This document shows, piece after piece, positions 38,150 through 45,236 of a stretch of DNA of 64,000 nucleotides (positions are counted from its first letter, which is position 1; every line of letters begins with the position of its first letter). Both the position numbers and the translations under genes were made by a program. The notes under the pieces were generated by a model that made no database searches, had not been told where the DNA came from, and worked only from the letters and a program-made list of their open reading frames with translations. The DNA comes from an uncultured Pelagibacteraceae bacterium (GTDB lineage: Bacteria > Pseudomonadota > Alphaproteobacteria > Pelagibacterales > AG-422-B15): positions 72,275 to 136,274 of the forward strand of contig CACDOH010000002.1 of NCBI GenBank assembly GCA_902554325.1. The letters run 5' to 3'.

Positions 38150-39154
38150 ATGAACAAATCATTATTTTTAAAAACTTTTACTGCCCTTATATTGTCGTCT
38201 TTTCTCGTATTTTCAGCGGGTACAGCGCACGCAAAACGCTTAACTGCTGCTGTTGCTGACTGGACTGGCGGAGAGATTACATGTCAAGTTGCAGTAAGTA
38301 TGTTAGAGCAAGAACTAGGATATCGTGTAGATAGAATAGAATTTGCATCAGGAACTGGTCTTTGGGAAGCAATCGCTGCTGGTGATATTGACTTTGCATG
38401 TGAGAGCTGGCCAAGCTATGCAGAAGCTGACGACGTAATGCTTAATGAGCCGTTATATTACGATGGTGCAGTTGTCCAAGAGTACTCAGGAACTGGTGAA
38501 GTGATGGCATTTACAACTGGTATCATTGGTGCATCAGATTATTATGTACCGAAGTATTTTGTTGATGCCAATCCTGACTTTAATGGTTGGGAAGATCTTA
38601 ATAAGTTCAAAGATCAATTTGCAACAGTTGAAACTGGTTCTAAGGGACGACTTATAGGATGTCCAGTAGCTGGTTGGAACTGTCATGATCAAAAAAGACT
38701 TGATATTATGGGAATTGACTTTGAAGCAGTTGAACTTGGAACAGAGGTTGCGCTTCTAGCAGAGGCACAAGGTTCTTACGATAGACAAGAACCATTCTTA
38801 ATGTACCTTTGGGAGCCACACTTTTTCTTTGGTAAAAATGAAATGGTAGGAATTGGTCTTCCTCCTCACCAAGCTTGTGACTCTTTCACTGAGGCAAACA
38901 ACTGGCAAGATTGTGGTATGGGATCTTGGCCTGCAAGTAACTGGGCTAAAGATTACACTATGAACTACATGAACCCAGCAACAATGCAGAAGCCAGAAAA
39001 TGCTGAAGCACTTGCATTCTTTAAGAAAATGAAGTTTGCGAACGTCGACCAAGCAAAAATGCTTGTTAGAGTAGGCGATGATGGCTTATCTGTTGAAGAA
39101 GCGGTTCAAGAATGGAAAGACAGTACTAACGATTGGCAAGCTTGGCTTCCATAA
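38150..39154 (+). CDS. proX: glycine betaine-type ABC transporter substrate-binding protein (ProX/OpuAC family)
   Basis: Signal peptide ending GTAHA. ADWTGGEITCQVAVSMLEQELGY and an aromatic-rich (Trp) binding region. SD GGGG upstream. Confidence 0.85.
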   Translation: MNKSLFLKTFTALILSSFLVFSAGTAHAKRLTAAVADWTGGEITCQVAVSMLEQELGYRVDRIEFASGTGLWEAIAAGDIDFACESWPSYAEADDVMLNEPLYYDGAVVQEYSGTGEVMAFTTGIIGASDYYVPKYFVDANPDFNGWEDLNKFKDQFATVETGSKGRLIGCPVAGWNCHDQKRLDIMGIDFEAVELGTEVALLAEAQGSYDRQEPFLMYLWEPHFFFGKNEMVGIGLPPHQACDSFTEANNWQDCGMGSWPASNWAKDYTMNYMNPATMQKPENAEALAFFKKMKFANVDQAKMLVRVGDDGLSVEEAVQEWKDSTNDWQAWLP

Positions 39155-39178
39155 GTCTGTACTAATAAAATAAAAATT

Positions 39179-39212
39179 AAGGCCTTGTATAATTATACAA
39201 GGCCTTTTTTTT
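39179..39212 (+). terminator. strong rho-independent terminator after proX
   Basis: Perfect palindrome AAGGCCTTGTATAATTATACAAGGCCTT followed by TTTTTT. Confidence 0.8.
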
Positions 39213-39228
39213 GCTCTATTATATATAA

Positions 39229-40143
39229 GTGAACACTTCTCGCCACCCATATCATTATAGCATTAGCTTTGCATTACTGATTGCAGCTGGATTATGGGGA
39301 TTATTTTGGATACCCCAAAGAGCACTCGAGGCTGGTGGCTTAACTGGCGGCTGGGCCACTATTTCACAAATGATTATTCCCTTTTTAATTCTGCTTCCAG
39401 TTGCTATGTGGAGAAAATATAAAGGTAATTCATTTGGTCTTGATTATCCAATTATAGGACTTTTATTTGGCGCTGGAATTGCATGTTACGCCAATAGCTT
39501 TCTATTAACGGACGTAGTGAGAGCTTTAATCCTATTTTATATTACTCCAGTCTGGACAACTATTTTTGAAATGATATTCCTTAGGCAGGTTCCACGCTAC
39601 TATAGATACATCACTCTTATTCTCGCTTTATCTGGAGTTTGGATTGTCTTTGGTCAGGATGGATTTATTCCAATTCCTCAAAACTCTGGTGACTGGATAG
39701 CACTATTAGGCGGTATATTTATAGCAGCTTCAGCAGTTCGAATGGAAGTTAAAAAACCAGAGGGCATCTTTCCAATTCTTTTTTCATTCTTTTTTTATGG
39801 TGGCATATTTACTTTAGTGCAAGCTTACTTTCTCAGAGATGTAATGGGCTCTGCGCCATCTTTAGATTCTTGGCTTACAATGATGCCATGGCTCTTATTA
39901 ATAGCCATCTTATTTCATCTACCAACTAATGTAGTTATACTAGGAGCACCCAGTAGAATTGGGGCAGGATTATTCTCTATAATCATTCTTTTTGAAATTG
40001 TAGTTGGTACGTTTAGCGCTGCGATATTAACTGATGAACTTTTTGGTTGGCGAGAGATATTAGGAAGCTCATTAATAATCTTGGCAGGATTAACAGAGAT
40101 TATTTTTGCCTCAAATGTAGCTATAAAAAAGAATAACTTATAA
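39229..40143 (+). CDS. DMT (EamA-like) superfamily transporter
   Basis: GTG start; about 10 TM helices; two-repeat EamA-like organisation. Confidence 0.7.
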   Translation: MNTSRHPYHYSISFALLIAAGLWGLFWIPQRALEAGGLTGGWATISQMIIPFLILLPVAMWRKYKGNSFGLDYPIIGLLFGAGIACYANSFLLTDVVRALILFYITPVWTTIFEMIFLRQVPRYYRYITLILALSGVWIVFGQDGFIPIPQNSGDWIALLGGIFIAASAVRMEVKKPEGIFPILFSFFFYGGIFTLVQAYFLRDVMGSAPSLDSWLTMMPWLLLIAILFHLPTNVVILGAPSRIGAGLFSIIILFEIVVGTFSAAILTDELFGWREILGSSLIILAGLTEIIFASNVAIKKNNL

Positions 40144-41061
40144 TTTGTTCAGTAATTTTATGTGCTCAACAGTTGTGCCACAGCAACCTCCGATAATTTG
40201 CGCTCCTGCATCTTTCCATTTTTTGGCTTCGACTAAATAATCATTTGGCTGAATTACATTGCTCATGTCATAGTGTGGAAAATTAAATACAGCTACTTCT
40301 GGATAAGCCATTATAGGAAGATTGTATACTTCCTTGAGTTCTTTTATACTTTCTTCTATTACACTAATATCACAATGCATTATGCCAACCGCATCCAATT
40401 TATGGTGTTTAACGTTGCTGATCATTTTTTTAAAACTATACTCATAGTCAGTCGTAAGAGCTATCAAGCCATCTTTGTTTCTAGAAGAAAACCCAGCCCA
40501 TACTGGTAAACCAACTTTGCTTGCTGAATCAAAAATTATATCAATTCGATCTGGCCTATACATAAGCTCCAATAAAATAAAATCACATCCGTTATCCGCT
40601 AAAAAAAATGCCAGCTCATCAAAAGATTTTTGAAAATATTCTGGGGTAAGTTTCTTAATATATTTATCTTTTTCTTCTTGCGATCTAAAAGCATCTTCAT
40701 ACGGTATTTGGTGAGATAAGGATCCTGCCACAAGTACATCATCTCGACCACATTCTTCTCTTGCTTGGATAGCTGCATTTATTGCAGATAGATTAATTTC
40801 TTTAAATTTATCTTCAACTCCAGCCACTTCTAATATCATTCGATTTGAAGCATAGGTATTTGTTGTAATTATTTTTGCTCCAGCATTGATGTAGTCTTTA
40901 TGGATTTGTTTTAGAATATCAAACTCAAGTGAGGCTGTTGCGCACCAAGAGTTATCCATTTTAATACCTCTGTTTTCAAGTTCGGATCCAGTGGCTCCAT
41001 CAAGCAATATAGTTTCCCCTGAACGGAGAACTTCTAAAAATTTTTTATACCTTTGATTCAT
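40138..41061 (-). CDS. homocysteine S-methyltransferase family protein (BHMT/MmuM-like)
   Basis: LLDGATGSELE N-terminal block, TNTYASN, and the C-terminal zinc-site motif GGCCGTTVEHI. Confidence 0.8.
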   Translation of the reverse strand: MNQRYKKFLEVLRSGETILLDGATGSELENRGIKMDNSWCATASLEFDILKQIHKDYINAGAKIITTNTYASNRMILEVAGVEDKFKEINLSAINAAIQAREECGRDDVLVAGSLSHQIPYEDAFRSQEEKDKYIKKLTPEYFQKSFDELAFFLADNGCDFILLELMYRPDRIDIIFDSASKVGLPVWAGFSSRNKDGLIALTTDYEYSFKKMISNVKHHKLDAVGIMHCDISVIEESIKELKEVYNLPIMAYPEVAVFNFPHYDMSNVIQPNDYLVEAKKWKDAGAQIIGGCCGTTVEHIKLLNKL

Positions 41062-41169
41062 AACTTGTTAATTATCATTTAAAGCTTAATTAAGTAAATA
41101 TATTATTGAAAATGATTTACTTTATCTCATTTTTTAGTTTATAAGATCGGATCAATTTGGAGATTGCTT

Positions 41170-42306
41170 ATGTCAAAAGGGATTATTTATACACCCAGAG
41201 TTAGAAAGTCACCCTTCTTTGAGGAAACTATAAAATCTGGAGCAACTAATTTCACTACTTATAATCATATGACGATGCCTGTGGGATACACTACACCTGA
41301 GCAGGAATATCATTCATTAATTAATGATGTGACGTTATGGGATGTTGCAGCGGAAAGACAAGTTGAGGTTGTTGGGGAAGATGCAGCTAAATTTGTCCAA
41401 TATATGACGCCGAGAAACTTATCTACATTTAAAGATGGTTTTTGTAGATACGCATTTATGACAGATGAAAATGGTGGAATTATCAATGATCCATTAATAT
41501 TAAAATTCAATGATAACAAATTTTGGTTAAGTATTGCTGATTCCGACGCAATCCTTTGGTGTAAAGGCGTCGCTCTATCTGGAAAATTTAATGTTAAAAT
41601 TTCAGAACCTGAGGCATGTCCTTTATCTTTGCAAGGGCCAAGATCAAAAGAGCTTATTAGAAAAGTAACAAATGATGATCCGATTATAATGGGACTAAAA
41701 TACTACCAATTTATCGAGACTAATCTTTTTGGAATAGATATTATTATTGCTAGAAGTGGCTGGAGCAATCAGTTTGGTTATGAAATATACATCACTCGAG
41801 AAATTGATGCCCCAACACTTTGGAACTCTTTAATGGATGCTGGTAAAGAATTTAGGATTGTTCCTAGTTGCCCAAATCAAATAGATAGAATTGAAGCAGG
41901 CATGATTTCACATCAAGGTGACACATCCCTAGAGGAAAACCCTTTAGAGCTCAATCTCCCCAAGTTTTATGATCTTGATCAGGAGGCTGATTTTGTAGGT
42001 AAAGAAGCCCTTCTCAAAATAAGAGAGGAAGGTATTAAGAAACAATTCACTGGATTTAAAATTTCAGGAAAAAAAATTGGTTATAATATGGCTAGAATTC
42101 CTCTGTTTAATAAAAATGGGGAACAGCAAGGATTTGTAACTAGTACAATCTATAGCCCTAATTTTGGATGCAATATTGCCCTCGGATACATTGATATTAA
42201 TCTAACCAACTCTGAAGATGTATTTAATATTAATCATGATGGCGAAGAAAGAGAAGTTGAGGTTGTTCCATTACCATTTAGTTCAAGACTAGAAAAAATG
42301 GAATAA
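41170..42306 (+). CDS. DmdA-like GcvT-fold THF-dependent demethylase candidate
   Basis: PRVRKSPFFE, TTYNHMTMP, LWDVAAERQVEVVGEDA, GGIINDPLILKFNDNKFWLSIADSD, ARSGWSNQFGYEIY and CPNQIDRIEAGMISHQGD parallel my recollection of DmdA blocks. ATG 41170 has GGAG 7 nt upstream; the ORF-track TTG 41164 does not. Confidence 0.8.
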   Translation: MSKGIIYTPRVRKSPFFEETIKSGATNFTTYNHMTMPVGYTTPEQEYHSLINDVTLWDVAAERQVEVVGEDAAKFVQYMTPRNLSTFKDGFCRYAFMTDENGGIINDPLILKFNDNKFWLSIADSDAILWCKGVALSGKFNVKISEPEACPLSLQGPRSKELIRKVTNDDPIIMGLKYYQFIETNLFGIDIIIARSGWSNQFGYEIYITREIDAPTLWNSLMDAGKEFRIVPSCPNQIDRIEAGMISHQGDTSLEENPLELNLPKFYDLDQEADFVGKEALLKIREEGIKKQFTGFKISGKKIGYNMARIPLFNKNGEQQGFVTSTIYSPNFGCNIALGYIDINLTNSEDVFNINHDGEEREVEVVPLPFSSRLEKME

Positions 42307-42953
42307 TGCTTTCAAAGAATATAATTAATAAATTTTTATTTATATCGATTATATTACTTGCAATTATCGCAGGCTGGGCAGTTTCAGAATTATTTAATAA
42401 AGATAGCACGTCTCCCTCTAACAATATACTTTTGAATTTTGAAGCAGTTGACCATATGGGAAATAATGTATCTACATCGAGTTACGATGGCTTCAGTAAA
42501 GTATTTTTTTTTGGTTTCACGCACTGTCCAGATATTTGTCCTATAAGCGCAAACTTGATGAGCAATGCCATTGAGCAATTAAATAGAGAAAACTTTTCAA
42601 CTGAGAAAATAAAATTTTTTTTTGTCACTGTTGATCCAGCAAGAGATAGTCCAGAAAGATTAAAAGAATTTTTGATCAACTTTGGCGATGATTTCATTGG
42701 ACTAACAGGAAGTCATGAGTCACTAATGCCAATCTGGAAAGATTTTTTTGTACATGTAGAGCCAGCGACAACTTCAGAGCATCAAAATCACTTAAGTGCC
42801 TCCAAACAAACTGAAGCTGGAGAAGACAATTCTAACTATATGGTGCAGCATACTGCTTTCTATTATATTTTCGATGATACAAACACACTTCAAAGCATTT
42901 TACCTTTCGGATCAAGTATTGATAAAATGGTTGAAGATATTAAGAAACTGTAA
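42306..42953 (+). CDS. SCO1/SenC family copper chaperone / thiol-disulfide oxidoreductase
   Basis: N-terminal TM helix, CxxxC in FFGFTHCPDICP, distal His in MVQHTAFYYIFD. The ATG overlaps the upstream TAA by 1 nt. Confidence 0.85.
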   Translation: MLSKNIINKFLFISIILLAIIAGWAVSELFNKDSTSPSNNILLNFEAVDHMGNNVSTSSYDGFSKVFFFGFTHCPDICPISANLMSNAIEQLNRENFSTEKIKFFFVTVDPARDSPERLKEFLINFGDDFIGLTGSHESLMPIWKDFFVHVEPATTSEHQNHLSASKQTEAGEDNSNYMVQHTAFYYIFDDTNTLQSILPFGSSIDKMVEDIKKL

Positions 42954-42955
42954 AA

Positions 42956-43201
42956 ATGAAAAAAATAATATTCATATTATTTCCTATAATCATTTTGTCT
43001 TGTTCTGAAAGCAATAAACAAATGTATGAAAGTTTGGCTATTGAAAAAGCTAATGAGAAAAACTGTAACTCAAATGTTGAATTACTTTTAACCTATGAAA
43101 AAACAGAACTATGGTCATCTTATCATAATAAAGATCAAAAACTTTTATGTGTTTTCACTTGTGTAAATGAAGTATGTATGTTCTCAACTGAAAGAGATTA
43201 G
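42956..43201 (+). CDS. small Cys-rich lipoprotein (81 aa), no recognised family
   Basis: Lipobox IILSC after a hydrophobic signal. Four more Cys in the mature part (C37, C65, C69, C74). 2-nt gaps to both neighbouring genes. Confidence 0.5.
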   Translation: MKKIIFILFPIIILSCSESNKQMYESLAIEKANEKNCNSNVELLLTYEKTELWSSYHNKDQKLLCVFTCVNEVCMFSTERD

Positions 43202-43202
43202 T

Positions 43203-43661
43203 ATGGCTAGAAAATTCTTAGTCATGATAATATTTTTAAGTCTATTAAAAGTTTCACATGCACATCAGTTTCAGGAAAAGCATATAAATATTAATCATCC
43301 TCATATTAAATTTACAATCTCATCTGGGTCAGCGGCAGGATATATGAAAATTGTTAATATGGGGTATGAAATTGATCGCTTGGTGGGTGTAGAAGTAAAT
43401 TTTGCAGACGCAGAATTGTATTCCACTGAAGTAAAAGACGGAATGACAAAAATGATAAAAGTTGATTATATCGATTTACCCGCACAAAAAGCTAAATCGC
43501 TTATACCTGGAAACCATCATATTATGTTCTCAAACCTTAAAATTGAACTCATAGAGGGAATGTCTTTAGAGGGAACATTGACATTTGAAACAGCGGGACA
43601 AATCATTGTATTATTTGAAGTTGAGAAACAAAATAATAATAAGGATTATACCGAGCATTGA
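43203..43661 (+). CDS. periplasmic copper chaperone PCu(A)C (DUF461)
   Basis: Signal peptide ...KVSHA. AAGYMKIVNMG, DRLVGVEV, MTKMIKV and PGNHHIMFSNL follow the PCuAC H/M copper-site pattern. ATG 43203 preferred over 43167. Confidence 0.8.
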   Translation: MARKFLVMIIFLSLLKVSHAHQFQEKHININHPHIKFTISSGSAAGYMKIVNMGYEIDRLVGVEVNFADAELYSTEVKDGMTKMIKVDYIDLPAQKAKSLIPGNHHIMFSNLKIELIEGMSLEGTLTFETAGQIIVLFEVEKQNNNKDYTEH

Positions 43662-44548
43662 ATATGAAAACATTAAGATTTGAATATACCGTAACACTTA
43701 TTTCACTTTCATCTTTGGTGGTGATTGCTTGGTATTACTTATTTTTGATGTCTGCTCAGCCCTCAATGGACATGACAATGCAAAATGAAAATTCAATGAA
43801 TATGTCAATGGAAACAATGTCTGATAATGAAATAGAAATGGGAAATATAACAGAAGACTCCATGAAAACTAATTCTATGGAAATGAATCAGACAAAATCA
43901 ACAATTAATTTCTTGATGATGCCGATGACTGGTCAATGGACGGTTAGTGAATTTATTGTGATGTTTGTAATGTGGACAATAATGATGTTTGCTATGATGT
44001 TGCCTTCCACTTTTATATTTCTCAATGTCTTTAGACTTATGCGATCAAATATGCAAATAACTTCAAGTCCTTTATTAGAAATGATAATTATTTCATCTGC
44101 ATATTTTTTAATCTGGATATTCTTTTCACTTTTAGCCTGTACACTTCAATATATACTGCACAACAGTGGAGTCGTAGACATGATGGGCGCTATTCAAAAC
44201 AAAATTCTAGCCGGATTAGTCTTAATAGGAGCAGGAGCCTTTCAATTTACAAGCTTGAAAGATACTTGTCTTGAAAAGTGCAGAAATCCTCTTTCGTTTA
44301 TAATGTCGGGACCAATAAAAGGATATGCGAATGTCGCATATGTTGGTTTGCAGCATGGAGTTTTTTGCCTCGGATGTTGCTGGGTATTGATGTTATTATT
44401 GTTTGTGAACGGCGTTATGAATTTACTGTGGGTTGCTGTATTAACAATCGTTGTTTTAATTGAAAAAATGCTCCCATATGAGAAACTTAGCTCTAGATTT
44501 CTAGGCTTTCTTCTAGTAGGTTGGGGAGCGTACTTAATATTTATTTAA
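43658..44548 (+). CDS. DUF2182 family integral membrane protein (predicted metal-binding) with a Met-rich N-terminal insert
   Basis: Multi-TM core (WTIMMFAMMLPS, ...GVFCLGCCWVLMLLLF) matches the DUF2182 pattern. Start is TTG 43658 (overlaps the PCuAC stop) or ATG 43664. Confidence 0.65.
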   Translation: MNMKTLRFEYTVTLISLSSLVVIAWYYLFLMSAQPSMDMTMQNENSMNMSMETMSDNEIEMGNITEDSMKTNSMEMNQTKSTINFLMMPMTGQWTVSEFIVMFVMWTIMMFAMMLPSTFIFLNVFRLMRSNMQITSSPLLEMIIISSAYFLIWIFFSLLACTLQYILHNSGVVDMMGAIQNKILAGLVLIGAGAFQFTSLKDTCLEKCRNPLSFIMSGPIKGYANVAYVGLQHGVFCLGCCWVLMLLLFVNGVMNLLWVAVLTIVVLIEKMLPYEKLSSRFLGFLLVGWGAYLIFI

Positions 44549-44552
44549 TTCT

Positions 44553-45233
44553 ATGACTGTAAATCCATTAAACTTACACTGGGAAATAAAAGGAAATTTT
44601 TTACTTAATTGCAATTGTGATGTTTTTTGCAATTGTCCTATGTCTCTTGGAAAGGCTGTACCTAACTCACCTAACGGCAAATGTTTTTCATGGTGGGGTA
44701 TTAACATCGAGGAAGGCTATGCTGAAGAAAAGTGGTCTGGGTTTAACCCCATAAAGAGAGAGGTCAAAGGTATAATGGATTTAAGTGGATTGAATGTTGC
44801 TATACTTTTAGAGGTTCCAGGACCTCTGGGTTCAGGGGGTTGGACTGCTGGTCTATACATTGATGAAAAAGCTTCTGATGATGCAGCAGATGCTTTGGCA
44901 GTAATATTTTCAGGCCAAGCTGGCGGGCAGACAGGCTGGTTTAGACATATGATAGCAAATTTTCTTGGAGTTAAAAGATGTTCTATTTCATATAAAGAAA
45001 CTGATGAAGGATGGTCATTTACGATACCTGAAATACTTGATGGGCGCATTGAGCATGAAGCGGGCAAAGAACGTGGTGAGGTTGTGAAAGTTTCAAATTT
45101 AAAGTATTGGGTTGCGCCAGAGATAATAGTCTGTAAAGGGTCAAAAAGAAGTCGGATTAGAGATCACGGTCGTAATTGGGATTTCACTGGGGGAAGCGCT
45201 GAATACTGCGCTGTTGACTGGGCAGGCCCTTAA
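44553..45233 (+). CDS. DUF1326 family protein
   Basis: Cys cluster NCNCDVFCNCP near the N-terminus; IFSGQAGGQTGWF block. DUF1326 is the usual genomic partner of DUF2182. Confidence 0.65.
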   Translation: MTVNPLNLHWEIKGNFLLNCNCDVFCNCPMSLGKAVPNSPNGKCFSWWGINIEEGYAEEKWSGFNPIKREVKGIMDLSGLNVAILLEVPGPLGSGGWTAGLYIDEKASDDAADALAVIFSGQAGGQTGWFRHMIANFLGVKRCSISYKETDEGWSFTIPEILDGRIEHEAGKERGEVVKVSNLKYWVAPEIIVCKGSKRSRIRDHGRNWDFTGGSAEYCAVDWAGP

Positions 45234-45236
45234 TCC

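Noticed and set aside
41062-41169. Possible SAM-II/SAM-V riboswitch in the 5' UTR of the homocysteine methyltransferase (BHMT-like) gene, as reported for Pelagibacter bhmt.
   Set aside because: The minus-strand leader is almost pure A/T. I could not draw a convincing P1 stem or pseudoknot. Only an isolated AAGCTTT resembles the AAAGC core. Needs an Infernal scan before any claim.
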